A stretch of DNA of 64,000 nt from a virus. A program made the position numbers and the translations under genes. Positions within the stretch are counted from its first letter, which is position 1. Every line of letters begins with the position of its first letter. Location: the IMG/VR virus record IMGVR_UViG_3300025645_004731, positions 26,616 through 90,615 of that record, one strand, 5' to 3'. Positions 46,257 through 55,692 of the stretch are shown piece by piece. The notes beneath the pieces were generated by a model. It made no database searches, had not been told where the DNA came from, and worked only from the letters and a program-made list of their open reading frames with translations.

Positions 46257-46659
46257 TTTCATTTTTAGCATCTCTTTCTGTTGTTGTAAGTTCCGCACCT
46301 GATAGTAACTCAAAGCATCTTAGCGCCTTAGCACTCGCACGATCAATGATTCTTTCAACTAGTGCTGGCTTTGCTTCGCCCAATAATCCGATATCATGAT
46401 CTCTTAGTTTGTCTTCTAACACGCTATTTTGTCTACGAATGGTAGCAAATTCCGTGTTTACTTGGGCGAGTTCTTCATTTATTTTTTTCTGGTCTTCTTT
46501 TAGGCTAGTAACTGCCTGTTCACTGAGTTGAATAGCTGTTTCTAGCTTGGCGTTATTAAAGGTAAGGGCTGATATTTTTGCCTGACTTGAACTATAGTAC
46601 CAGTAACCTATTCCTAGTAACACTAGTATAACACATAATAATATTCCCGCAAGTCTCAT
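46189..46659 (-). CDS. Inner-membrane i-spanin candidate
   Basis: N-terminal TM followed by a long coiled coil. Confidence 0.65.
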   Translation of the reverse strand: MRLAGILLCVILVLLGIGYWYYSSSQAKISALTFNNAKLETAIQLSEQAVTSLKEDQKKINEELAQVNTEFATIRRQNSVLEDKLRDHDIGLLGEAKPALVERIIDRASAKALRCFELLSGAELTTTERDAKNENAFNSECPYLYNDLVISNGLQP

Positions 46660-46820
46660 TTTAAATATTTATCCACTAATTTCTTTCCAACATATAACAC
46701 TGATACTACTGTTATCAATATGCCGGCTTCTAAGTAAAGATTACCAGTACTACTGTCTACTGATATTCCATCGGTGCTTATTTCAATCCGACATGTTTGG
46801 CAATCTGTTTCAGATAGCAT
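46656..46820 (-). CDS. Small single-TM protein (54 aa, not in ORF track)
   Basis: MLSETDCQTCRIE...GILITVVSVLYVGKKLVDKYLK*; coupled on both sides. Confidence 0.55.
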   Translation of the reverse strand: MLSETDCQTCRIEISTDGISVDSSTGNLYLEAGILITVVSVLYVGKKLVDKYLK

Positions 46821-47290
46821 CAGATGCCAGCAAGATGCCTAATGCGATTTATGGCTTCGTTTGTTGTTTCAGCATTGTTTCTCATTACATATTCGTCTTT
46901 GTCTGTAATGATAAATTCTTCTAGATTTTCCTCAGTTAGGTCGACTGTCTCGTTGCCCTTGAAGTAGTTGAATTTCCATTCTGTAATACCAGTAACATTA
47001 CTTACTGTTCTGACAATTCCAGCAATCTTTTCATTTAATTCTTCATTGCGTTCAAATTCTACAAACACAAGATACTTGCCGTCCTCATCTGGACCAGTGC
47101 TGATATCAACGTCTAGATTTTCAACTACGTCTGTCTCAATAAGATTGCTTAAATCCTTTGCTGAACGCTCGAAAGAAACTTCGAATGCTAATACCACATT
47201 CTCATTCTCTTCGCCGATTTTTGGCGTATATTGATCAATGCTAATAACTGGGGTTACGAGATTTTCCATCTCACCATATTTTACTGTCAT
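46820..47290 (-). CDS. Conserved jumbo-phage hypothetical protein
   Basis: ISIDQY.PKIG...VVLAF.V...A.DL...D.D.S.G...GKYLVFVEFER. Confidence 0.65.
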   Translation of the reverse strand: MTVKYGEMENLVTPVISIDQYTPKIGEENENVVLAFEVSFERSAKDLSNLIETDVVENLDVDISTGPDEDGKYLVFVEFERNEELNEKIAGIVRTVSNVTGITEWKFNYFKGNETVDLTEENLEEFIITDKDEYVMRNNAETTNEAINRIRHLAGI

Positions 47291-47829
47291 TCTAACTCGT
47301 CCATTATTTCGTTTTTGTCAGGAGCAATATCGTTGTCCTGGTCTGAATCATATGCGCCGTCTACTTCGCTCATGTCAATGTCTACGCCGTTGATAGTGAT
47401 CTTGTCACTTTCAAATTCGTCAACAAATTCTCTTGGCATTTCGATAACTACGACCCACACTTTTGATTTCTTCATCTTGGGTTTACGTCGACCTGTTTTT
47501 GGATCAGCTGGACCCAAATCTTCTGGCTTCGTAATTTTAATACCTTCTTCTAATTCGTCCTGATAAAAGAACACCCGCGCTCCATGCTTGATTAAGCGCA
47601 ATGCTCCATCTGGGTCAGGCATCTTCTTATACGGATAAAGCAGAGACACCGTGATCCAATAACGTGTCACTTCTGGACCAGCCAAAATTTCGCCATCTGC
47701 CCAGTTTGCGTAACTGTATACGTGCAGAGCATCAAGGACCTCTTCGAATTCCATCAGAACATCTAGGTTACTGCTGGAGTCTACGATGCTGTCTAATGCG
47801 TCTTTGATTTGCTGGAGTTCTACGCTCAT
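47287..47829 (-). CDS. Conserved jumbo-phage hypothetical protein
   Basis: L.EFE.VLD.L.VY...NW..GE...GP...RYW...MPDP.G..RL; TAAATA upstream. Confidence 0.65.
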   Translation of the reverse strand: MSVELQQIKDALDSIVDSSSNLDVLMEFEEVLDALHVYSYANWADGEILAGPEVTRYWITVSLLYPYKKMPDPDGALRLIKHGARVFFYQDELEEGIKITKPEDLGPADPKTGRRKPKMKKSKVWVVVIEMPREFVDEFESDKITINGVDIDMSEVDGAYDSDQDNDIAPDKNEIMDELE

Positions 47830-47979
47830 GTGGTGTCTTCCTTCGTTATACAAGTATTTATCACTGCGGTTACTCTTTCTAATTCTGGAGCCGTTTCTGC
47901 GCTTTTTCGTCCAGGCCTGATAAGTATTAGTGTACGACGACTAGGGCGCAAACAATAACACAACCTTGGAGTAAATATA

Positions 47980-48714
47980 TTGACCAAACGTGCAAGAAAA
48001 ACAAAAGATAAAGACAAAAAGCGTGGATTTGACAATTCAGTTGTTGAATTTAAGAACTATCAGAATAAAACCAAAAAAATAACTATTCTGCCTAGAAATG
48101 TTCACCAAGAAGATTATATCGATCTTCTCTCAGATTCCAACAAAAGCATAGTATTCGCTACTGGTCCAGCAGGCACCGGTAAAACAATGCTTGCTGTTCA
48201 AATGGGTATCAAACAGTTCGACGAAGGCATTGTTAAGAAAATTGTGATAACTCGTCCAGCAGTGAGTGTGGACGAACAACATGGTTTCCTACCGGGAACA
48301 CTTGAGCAAAAAATGGCTCCGTGGACCCGCCCTGTATTCGATCTTCTCGAAGAGCACTACGGTGTGAAACGTGTAGAGCAAATGATCGAAAACAAAGAAC
48401 TTGAAATAGCACCACTTGCGTATATGCGTGGTAGAACATTCAAGGAGTGCTGGATCGTCGCTGACGAGATGCAGAACGCAACACCAGAACAAATGAAAAT
48501 GCTTCTAACTCGCATTGGCACTGGATCTAAAATAGTTGTAACCGGTGACCTAGCACAGCATGATCGAGGCTTCGATGGCAATGGTTTGAAAGATTTCACA
48601 ATCAGAATTTCTAATAAAAATTCCCGATCTATCGGGTGTGTACACTTTGACAGGCAAGATGTTGAAAGACATCACGCCGTGATCGAAGTACTCAATCTCT
48701 ACGACGACGAATAA
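47980..48714 (+). CDS. phoH: PhoH-family ATPase
   Basis: GPAGTGKT, TRPAV, GFLPG, PLAYMRGRTF, DEMQN, LTRIG, GD..Q.D. Confidence 0.95.
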   Translation: MTKRARKTKDKDKKRGFDNSVVEFKNYQNKTKKITILPRNVHQEDYIDLLSDSNKSIVFATGPAGTGKTMLAVQMGIKQFDEGIVKKIVITRPAVSVDEQHGFLPGTLEQKMAPWTRPVFDLLEEHYGVKRVEQMIENKELEIAPLAYMRGRTFKECWIVADEMQNATPEQMKMLLTRIGTGSKIVVTGDLAQHDRGFDGNGLKDFTIRISNKNSRSIGCVHFDRQDVERHHAVIEVLNLYDDE

Positions 48715-48760
48715 TTTAAGAAATCGTCTTCAGCCACCTGCGCCCTGGTTGTCTACATTT

Positions 48761-49288
48761 TTAACTCTTTCGCTTCCCTCGACTCTTTGGGTTGTTAGCC
48801 CAGTATACCGTATTCGGCGGCAATATTCCCCACATAAACCACGCATTACCAAAGTGCGGTGCTCCACCGCCGGTAAAGTCCACTCGGTTATTGTACACCA
48901 ATGTAGACATACCATAATCCATAAACATCTGCCCACGTTTGCCACCTTGGAATGATGCTACAGGTAGGAATAACGCAAATGGTTTTTTCAATGAATAGCA
49001 ATGCGCAATAAATTTATCCTTTAGACTGTATGGTGGATTTGTGATGATCCCGTCATGTACATCCTCGCTGGTACACTCAAAGAAATCTTTGCCGTTGCTG
49101 CCCACCATATTATAGCCGTGCTTGTGGAACCCGTCAAGTACATTAGACGAAATTCCACTGGTTGCCTCATAGTAGGTCTTGTCTTTGTCAAGATATTCCA
49201 ATAGAGGAATTACTTGGTCAGATGGCGTATAGCATTCATCACTTTCAGCATTCCGTGATGTGCGCTTTATCATTTCGAGGTTACTCAT
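48761..49288 (-). CDS. Small phage N6-adenine DNA methyltransferase
   Basis: DECYTP, DFF, IITNPPYS.K. Confidence 0.78.
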   Translation of the reverse strand: MSNLEMIKRTSRNAESDECYTPSDQVIPLLEYLDKDKTYYEATSGISSNVLDGFHKHGYNMVGSNGKDFFECTSEDVHDGIITNPPYSLKDKFIAHCYSLKKPFALFLPVASFQGGKRGQMFMDYGMSTLVYNNRVDFTGGGAPHFGNAWFMWGILPPNTVYWANNPKSRGKRKS

Positions 49289-49290
49289 GA

Positions 49291-49881
49291 TTATCCCTCG
49301 AATACAATATGATTATACAACTCTTTCCAGGTTGTAACTTTTTTCATACCATCTGGTACTACTTCACTCATATTCCAGCCATGTTCGATCAGAATAGGGT
49401 TCATGCCCACAGCCTGTCCTGCGACAGCGTTGGAAAACTTATCTTCAATCCAGTAGTAACCTGTATCACGATATTTCTCAAGTGCCTCTTCTTTATCAGC
49501 ACCAGTGTCCAAGCATTCCAATACCGGAAACGCGGTGACACCAAACAGTTTGTCTAGGTTCATCTGCCGTAGTTTTTTGGCATTTGGATCAAGGCTCATA
49601 CTAGTCACACAATGAAACACATAACCATGCTCCTCGTGTAGCCGTTTTACATAATAACGGGCGTCACGCAATGCTGGCAAAAAGCCCATCGCAGCGCTCT
49701 CGTTAAAGATAATAACCTTCGCAATAGCCTCGTCTAGACTAATACCAAATCGTTTACCGATGTTATACTCCATGTTACCATTTTCGATTTGAGTATAACC
49801 GTGCTGTTCCATATAGCAGCAAAAGGCGTATTCCCAATTCAAGAGAACGCCGTCACAGTCTGTTACGATAATTTTTTTCAT
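49291..49881 (-). CDS. HAD-family 5'-nucleotidase-like protein (T4 30.2-like)
   Basis: TDCDGVLLNW, WIEDK..NA. Confidence 0.82.
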   Translation of the reverse strand: MKKIIVTDCDGVLLNWEYAFCCYMEQHGYTQIENGNMEYNIGKRFGISLDEAIAKVIIFNESAAMGFLPALRDARYYVKRLHEEHGYVFHCVTSMSLDPNAKKLRQMNLDKLFGVTAFPVLECLDTGADKEEALEKYRDTGYYWIEDKFSNAVAGQAVGMNPILIEHGWNMSEVVPDGMKKVTTWKELYNHIVFEG

Positions 49882-49896
49882 TCTTATATTCCTTTA

Positions 49897-50124
49897 TTAA
49901 ACTTTATGATTAGTGTATACAGTTTCCATATCTTTTTTACAAGATAGGATAAACTTACGCTCAAATTCGCTGAAGTCTTTCCACTTTTTACCAAAGGGAA
50001 GACCAACTGATTCTAGGTCGTCTGAGATACGGCACAACACATTCGCAAGTTCGTAGTTGCCATTGCTGCTAGTGCTATGCGATAATTCGCTCATATAACG
50101 AGCGACTGCTGGGGCATTAATCAT
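49897..50124 (-). CDS. Hypothetical cassette gene
   Basis: Directly follows a repeat leader. Confidence 0.65.
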   Translation of the reverse strand: MINAPAVARYMSELSHSTSSNGNYELANVLCRISDDLESVGLPFGKKWKDFSEFERKFILSCKKDMETVYTNHKV

Positions 50125-50216
50125 TGTGATTCTCTTTCTTTGTTTCTATACTGCAGTTATACACCAAGGCGCATTGAATGTCAAGCAAAAAGCGCAACAA
50201 ATAATGCTGCGCTTTC
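50125..50216 (-). repeat. Terminator hairpin + cassette promoter-leader repeat
   Basis: AAAGCGCAGCA-N5-TGTTGCGCTTTTT, then TTGACA-N17-TATAAC TGCAGTATAGAAACAAAGAAAGAGAATCACA ATG. Confidence 0.9.
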
Positions 50217-50239
50217 AATTGATTATAAAATAGTTTAGG

Positions 50240-50887
50240 TTAGCTCTTTGATGGTGCCGCTAGCTTATATGAAAGATAGAACCAAATAAACGGGTTAAGC
50301 AATAACGTTCTGGTCACCGAGTGGTATTTCTCCTTGTCTGCCTCATTCTTGGCAGAAATTATTTCTTTTTTCTCTGGCGATTTGAGTGCCCAGCGCACAA
50401 GTGTGTACACGAATAATATCAGGGTCACTGCTAGATAAATTTTTCCAAAGGTAGCGTGAGCAATAACAAATTCAGATATCATCTTAGGCAGATAGGAATG
50501 AGAAATTAGATATACCATCATATCCCAAAAGGAGTCTACTACAGCGAAAATTGGATCAAAGATAAAGATTGGACCAATCTCTAACTTGTGGCTATTCGGG
50601 ATGATATAATTTCTTATATCTTCTGCCTCCCAAAAATAACACAGTGCCCAGAAATGATAATAGAAGAATATAATTCCGGTAAGGTATCCACCAGAGTGGC
50701 GAATAATCCATTTGCTAAACTGCCAGCCTAGATATAATGGAAAAATAATAAAGAAGAAAAACAGCACAAAACTACCTGCCGTTTCTTTAAAGCCATTTGG
50801 CTCAGGAATTGGATTGTAATTTGGATCATCGTTTTGTGCTTGCCACTGGGCAATCGACCGTGTGTCTAGTCCACTATAATTACTCAT
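50240..50887 (-). CDS. Multi-TM membrane protein (cassette gene)
   Basis: About four hydrophobic segments; own promoter. Confidence 0.65.
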   Translation of the reverse strand: MSNYSGLDTRSIAQWQAQNDDPNYNPIPEPNGFKETAGSFVLFFFFIIFPLYLGWQFSKWIIRHSGGYLTGIIFFYYHFWALCYFWEAEDIRNYIIPNSHKLEIGPIFIFDPIFAVVDSFWDMMVYLISHSYLPKMISEFVIAHATFGKIYLAVTLILFVYTLVRWALKSPEKKEIISAKNEADKEKYHSVTRTLLLNPFIWFYLSYKLAAPSKS

Positions 50888-50947
50888 CTGTGATTCTCCT
50901 TCTTGTGTCTATACGTATAATATACACCAAGGCGCCTTACTTGTCAA
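50888..50947 (-). repeat. Cassette promoter-leader repeat copy
   Basis: TTGACA agtaaggcgccttggtg TATATT...AAGGAGAATCACAG ATG. Confidence 0.85.
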
Positions 50948-51165
50948 GCAAATAATTCACTATTTTGAAAAATAATTTCAGTATCAACTGAGGTAATATC
51001 ATCGCCCCAGTCCTCTACCATCTGTAATGCTGCATCAAATTTTGGATGATTGTAATCTTGTAGAATTTCGGCAAGTGCGCCAATCGTCGCGCCGATTGTG
51101 GTGGATTCGATTTCATTAATTTTCACTTGTATTTCCTTCAAGTTTGTTGATGATAAGGTTTTCAC
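50944..51165 (-). CDS. Hypothetical protein
   Basis: ORF within the cassette operon. Confidence 0.5.
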   Translation of the reverse strand: MKTLSSTNLKEIQVKINEIESTTIGATIGALAEILQDYNHPKFDAALQMVEDWGDDITSVDTEIIFQNSELFA

Positions 51166-51361
51166 GGCGCTGTTCTAGCAACCGTGTTTCTGGTTCGTAT
51201 GCGCTACATTTGGCGAGTTTTGCTTCAATGTACCAATACAGTTCGTATAAATCTTTCTTACATTTCCACTTGGCATAACCATCCATGCGTGGGTCAGATT
51301 CGGCCCAGGCGATTTTATCCACCTCGGCCGCAATAATTGGAACATTCCAATCAATTATCAT
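51116..51361 (-). CDS. Conserved phage hypothetical protein
   Basis: DW.V........DPRMDGY..W.CKKDLY. Confidence 0.6.
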   Translation of the reverse strand: MIIDWNVPIIAAEVDKIAWAESDPRMDGYAKWKCKKDLYELYWYIEAKLAKCSAYEPETRLLEQRRENLIINKLEGNTSEN

Positions 51362-51528
51362 CAGAACATAGTTTCCAGTTCATTCTCGAAGTCCTCTACC
51401 TCGCGAACTTTTGCTTTGAGCATTTTGCGCAGGCTATGAAGTGCTGCCCGCTTCTCGTCACTGGCACCCTCATCCAATGCTACAAGAACATTCTGTAGTG
51501 TTTCGATATCCTTAAAAGTGTCGATCAT
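51361..51528 (-). CDS. Hypothetical protein
   Basis: ALDEGASDEKRAA; coupled ORF. Confidence 0.55.
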   Translation of the reverse strand: MIDTFKDIETLQNVLVALDEGASDEKRAALHSLRKMLKAKVREVEDFENELETMF

Positions 51529-51710
51529 TCTAATTCTCCTTCTTCTGCCCATTTAATTTTTGTAATAGTATATTGGTCGACGCTCCATTTTTCAGGAGCA
51601 CCGTATTTTACAATGGATTTAGAAATTACTTGTGTTTCATCCATAGCATATTCGTAACCTAGGAAATTAGTATCTGCGCTTACCATCCATGTTCGTTCTA
51701 TAGCAAACAT
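51525..51710 (-). CDS. Hypothetical protein
   Basis: Coupled ORF. Confidence 0.5.
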   Translation of the reverse strand: MFAIERTWMVSADTNFLGYEYAMDETQVISKSIVKYGAPEKWSVDQYTITKIKWAEEGELE

Positions 51711-52219
51711 TATTGTACCGCCTTTACTGCTGCCGTATAGATTGGAGTATCTTTAACTTTGTCCATTACATCAAGCAGCATAGCCATCTCTTTGCGGTAT
51801 AATACATTGAAGCTAGGATCATTGGCACCAATGTCACCTGCGTTGTCTATGATGTCGGCACACTTAACGAACTGGGCCTCGTATGTTGCCTCCGCGCTAT
51901 GCTCTCTGTCCATTGCTTTACGTACTGCACGATTGCCGTCTTCAGGCACACTAACATCAGTAAGACCATCAACAATAAGTGCTACATCTGGACCAAACAT
52001 ATCTTGTATGTCTTCTATGCTTACGCCAGTATCTTCAACAACATCGTGCAAGTATGCAGCAGAAATCATATCATCCGTACCGCCACACTTTGAAACGGTT
52101 ACTGCGACACGAGCAGGGTGTACAATGTACGGCTCGTCCGTGTACTTACGCCGTTGACCAACAGCAGCGTGAGCCGCAGTTGCGTATGCGTATGCTGTTA
52201 GTGCTTGGAGTTCTATCAT
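51710..52219 (-). CDS. HD-domain (p)ppGpp hydrolase-like protein (SpoT-HD/Mesh1 type)
   Basis: AH..Q.RKY..EPYIVHP, AAYLHDVVEDT, V.GLT, VK.AD..DN. Confidence 0.85.
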   Translation of the reverse strand: MIELQALTAYAYATAAHAAVGQRRKYTDEPYIVHPARVAVTVSKCGGTDDMISAAYLHDVVEDTGVSIEDIQDMFGPDVALIVDGLTDVSVPEDGNRAVRKAMDREHSAEATYEAQFVKCADIIDNAGDIGANDPSFNVLYRKEMAMLLDVMDKVKDTPIYTAAVKAVQ

Positions 52220-52221
52220 GT

Positions 52222-52593
52222 TTATACAGTCTCCATTTCTACTTTTTTGAAACCCATAACTGCGACTTTGTAGACAACGCCATCAGCAACGAAGCGGTCA
52301 TTCATCATTGAACTACGCTGACCCATGCCGTCTGGACGCTGGCGAAGAACGGTAACATTCTCATTGTAGTCGCCGTTGTGGGCTGGCTCACCTTTGCGAG
52401 TAGGTAAATACTCTTCTTTGATTGACCAAGAACCCATTACATTGTTTGTCCAACGATAAGCATATTCAAGGCACTCTGTTTGGGTGCCGAATGCTGAGAT
52501 TTCTACGGGGATAGCAACTTCTGCTACTGGTGTGTAACCAAGAACTGTGCCTGTTTGATTGTCGAAGTCGGCGTGTTGTACGATGATTTTCAT
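52222..52593 (-). CDS. Hypothetical cassette gene
   Basis: LEYAYRWTNN..GSWS...RSSM..D...Y.V..MGF. Confidence 0.7.
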   Translation of the reverse strand: MKIIVQHADFDNQTGTVLGYTPVAEVAIPVEISAFGTQTECLEYAYRWTNNVMGSWSIKEEYLPTRKGEPAHNGDYNENVTVLRQRPDGMGQRSSMMNDRFVADGVVYKVAVMGFKKVEMETV

Positions 52594-52654
52594 AGTGATT
52601 CTCTTTTCTCTGTTGCTATACATATAATATACACCAAGGCGCCTTAGATGTCAA
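52594..52654 (-). repeat. Cassette promoter-leader repeat copy
   Basis: TTGACA tctaaggcgccttggtg TATATT atatgtatagcaacagagaaaagagaatcact ATG. Confidence 0.9.
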
Positions 52655-52669
52655 GCACTAAATCACATA

Positions 52670-53524
52670 TTAATCATTTCTTTCTCCAACGCCCCAGCAT
52701 TTGTTTTCATGTTGTCTTAGATTTCCCTTACCTAAAATTTCTTTATTACAACAACTACAAATATAAGTGTTATCTGCTATCCACTCTGGACTATTCCTAG
52801 TATTAATGCGTTTTTGGTCTGCTTTTTGCCTAATCGATAAACCATCTTCTTCAGAAATGCTCATTGAATGAGCACCTTTGCGAGACGCGGCTTGATGAAT
52901 GGTTAACCCATTTTCTTGAATTTGAGATTTGGTTTTTTCACCTTTGATAGAAGATCGTTCGGCATTTGTTAACCCGTCGGGTCCAACCGTCATTTTAGTT
53001 ATTGAACATTTTTTACTTGCTTTTTCCATTGAAGTCGTCCCATCTTCGTCTGTTAAACGTTTTGTCATGACGCCCTTTTGCGCTGAAATTTTCCTCCCCA
53101 CTTCGCCCATAGTTTCTATTTGTTTTTTTCTACCTCTTTGAAATGAATTCAATCCATCTTTTCCTATAAGAAGTTTTTTCTCTATTATGCGATTCATTAT
53201 TTTAGGATTTTGCGCTGGATTTTCAATACCCCAATTATTGTTAGATTCGTTATAAAATAATGGGTTCATTGCTGCGTTTATTTTTTGAAGAAATCTTGTT
53301 TCAAAAGAAAGAGCATTATTCATATGTATTAATTTACAAACTTCGAATCTTTCGGTTCCATGTTCTTGAATAAGATCATTAATAATCGAAGATGAAGTGA
53401 AATAACCGTTTTCTTTCCAAAATAACGACGAATTTGCGTCCTTTCCATATTTTGAACCAGAATAATACTGACCTGTTACGATGTCACGTATTCTATAATA
53501 GTATTGAGAATAAATATTAGACAT
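52670..53524 (-). mobile_element. Free-standing GIY-YIG-like homing endonuclease
   Basis: YYY.I.D..TG.YY.GS...YFTSS...E..FL....A..NP.FYN; DG(L/T)T repeats; C-terminal CxxC; AT-rich; next to the ligase gene. Confidence 0.7.
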
Positions 53525-53600
53525 AATGCATATACCTCCGTGTTTGCATTGTGGTGAAAGGAGATGTTACTTGGCGGTTCATCTCCTTTCTCTTATTTAT
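53525..53600 (-). promoter_or_regulatory. Late promoter plus two hairpins (one enclosing the RBS) upstream of the endonuclease
   Basis: ATAAATA; GAAAGGAGATG-N13-CATCTCCTTTC; AATGCA-(GGAGG)-TGCATT-ATG. Confidence 0.65.
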
Positions 53601-54758
53601 TCAATAATCTCTTACACCAACGCCCCACGCGATCACAACTGGAAATCGAGGAATTCCATCGGGTGTGGGAGTAAAGTAACGCAGTGTGGCCCATGTTGGT
53701 TTTTCGTCTGATTCGAATAGTTCCTTCAACTTTTTCTGTGTACCCTTGACACCAGCGCCGACAAATCTGCCGTCCGGCATTTCAAGAACAAACCGCTTAA
53801 CGCAGCCAGACCAATTTCCCTGACCTTCTTCTACGCTAATAACTTTGAATTCTTCAGTGATAAACTCTTTCCGTTTTAGCAGACTGCCGCTGCGTTTGTT
53901 TGGTTCATACACCTTATTTCGGCGCAACATTTGGCCTTCCCAGCCACTTTCAAGATAGTCGGCATAAAGAGAATTACAGTGGTCGTCGTCCATTACAAAG
54001 ACGGTAGGCACCTCAATCACCATCTTATTACTTTTTTTACTATGACCAATCATTATTACGATTTTCTTATGGCGTTCACTGAATTCAATATCTGGATTTT
54101 GCTTGTCGTACATATCATAAACATGATACTGTACCAGCTTTGCCGTCGTTTCGAAGAATTCATCGGTCAACTTGGTAGTCCGTCGAACCATGCTAGTGAT
54201 CTCGTTGAAGTTATCTTTGTAGACATGATTATAAAGTTCGCCATCTAGAATCAAGTCGGGGTGTTCTTCGAAGATAGGAGCAAGTTCCTGTTCAATATGT
54301 GGAATACTAATAATACGTTTACCGCTGCGTGACCATACTCCGTCGGCACGGGCGATACAGCGAATACCATCCAACTTGGGCTGAGAATAAATCTTCTTCT
54401 CGGTATACTGAAGAGGCTCTTTTAGTTTAGCATAATCAGCCGCCAACATAGGCTCAAACTTGGTGTAACTATCAACGGCGGCGACATCATCAAAGTATTC
54501 TTTTTCGATATTGATATCCCAAACACTTTGTGCCTCGGATTGTGCCTGTCGGTGACTATTCGTGGCATTTGATCGACCAACGTTTTTGGCTTCACTCAAA
54601 TTCCATACACTAGTAACTTTCTTGCCATCAACAAGTCCAGAGATGGTACGAGTACCAGCAATATCATCGTCGTCCCATCCAACCTGTACGGTCCATTCTC
54701 GTACCTTGCCTTTTGAATCTCGTTTATAGAGTGTCGGCAATGAAGAAATATTCATCAT
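53601..54758 (-). CDS. ATP-dependent DNA ligase
   Basis: PMLA, QPKLDGIRC, LDGELY, VYD, EGQMLR, LLKRK, PRFP. Confidence 0.93.
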   Translation of the reverse strand: MMNISSLPTLYKRDSKGKVREWTVQVGWDDDDIAGTRTISGLVDGKKVTSVWNLSEAKNVGRSNATNSHRQAQSEAQSVWDINIEKEYFDDVAAVDSYTKFEPMLAADYAKLKEPLQYTEKKIYSQPKLDGIRCIARADGVWSRSGKRIISIPHIEQELAPIFEEHPDLILDGELYNHVYKDNFNEITSMVRRTTKLTDEFFETTAKLVQYHVYDMYDKQNPDIEFSERHKKIVIMIGHSKKSNKMVIEVPTVFVMDDDHCNSLYADYLESGWEGQMLRRNKVYEPNKRSGSLLKRKEFITEEFKVISVEEGQGNWSGCVKRFVLEMPDGRFVGAGVKGTQKKLKELFESDEKPTWATLRYFTPTPDGIPRFPVVIAWGVGVRDY

Positions 54759-54761
54759 ATC

Positions 54762-55205
54762 TTATGATCCTGTTTCTAGTGACAATGTGCCGTCGTCTTG
54801 AAGCTCAAAGTTTTCGATGTAATGGTGATGTGTGCCGCTCTGCTTGATACAGCTATTAGCAGCCGCCCAAAGGTCTTGAACACTACCGCTTGCTGCGAAT
54901 GCTGATACTTCTGCTTCTGTACGCTTGCCGCTATCCATCAGGTCAGCCCACAGGTCGTCTTGTGTAGAACCAGGACGAACAAATGTATATACTACACGGT
55001 ACTGCTTATTGCCTAACAACATCTTATCAGCAGACATACAGCCACCATCCCAAATGCTCCAAGTGCTGTCCATGTTGAGTTCATCACGGAGTTCGTCGAA
55101 GTGTCTCATAGCAAGTGTGTCAGCATCTACATCTGTGAATACAACATCTTCCATTGCGATTGTTTCTGCGTCTACATCTGTGAATTGTACATTCGAATCA
55201 AACAT
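54762..55205 (-). CDS. Hypothetical cassette gene with short N-terminal duplication
   Basis: FTDVDAETIAM / FTDVDADTLAM; DLW.AA..CI.QSG.HH.YIE.F. Confidence 0.7.
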   Translation of the reverse strand: MFDSNVQFTDVDAETIAMEDVVFTDVDADTLAMRHFDELRDELNMDSTWSIWDGGCMSADKMLLGNKQYRVVYTFVRPGSTQDDLWADLMDSGKRTEAEVSAFAASGSVQDLWAAANSCIKQSGTHHHYIENFELQDDGTLSLETGS

Positions 55206-55268
55206 TATATTACCTCGTTTTGTTTCTGTCTATACTGCAGTTATACACCAAGGCACCTTGGTTGTCAA
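55206..55268 (-). repeat. Cassette promoter repeat copy
   Basis: TTGACA accaaggtgccttggtg TATAAC tgcagtatag. Confidence 0.9.
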
Positions 55269-55296
55269 GTGTTAATTTGCCTTTTAGCGAATTAAT

Positions 55297-55692
55297 TTAC
55301 GCTGCTTTCTCTGTGAACATATGGGGCGCGTTGATCATGCCAATAGCAACATCAAACAAGCCCAGGGCAACTCGTGTGCGCTGCGGAACATTGTGTTCTA
55401 CTAAGTGTGCGCTAGTGTCACGCATAAAGCATTTAATTGGGTCTTTGTGATCGTTGGTAAGATCGGTGCTATATTTCTTGTCAATTAAGTTTTCATAAGC
55501 CCGCCGCGCTTTAAACATTTCTTTCAAGTGTGTCCTATTCAGACGCTTGTTGCTGATCAACTCCTTGGATGCAAGAAGCATATCTTCTTCTGCTGAACTA
55601 ACATTATAGTTGGCATTTGAGTTCAATTCAATTACAACTTCAGCTAGTTTAACAAATACGTTTACGGTGGCGTTTGTGTTAAGTTTTGACAT
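55297..55692 (-). CDS. Hypothetical cassette gene
   Basis: Single gene between two repeats. Confidence 0.7.
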   Translation of the reverse strand: MSKLNTNATVNVFVKLAEVVIELNSNANYNVSSAEEDMLLASKELISNKRLNRTHLKEMFKARRAYENLIDKKYSTDLTNDHKDPIKCFMRDTSAHLVEHNVPQRTRVALGLFDVAIGMINAPHMFTEKAA

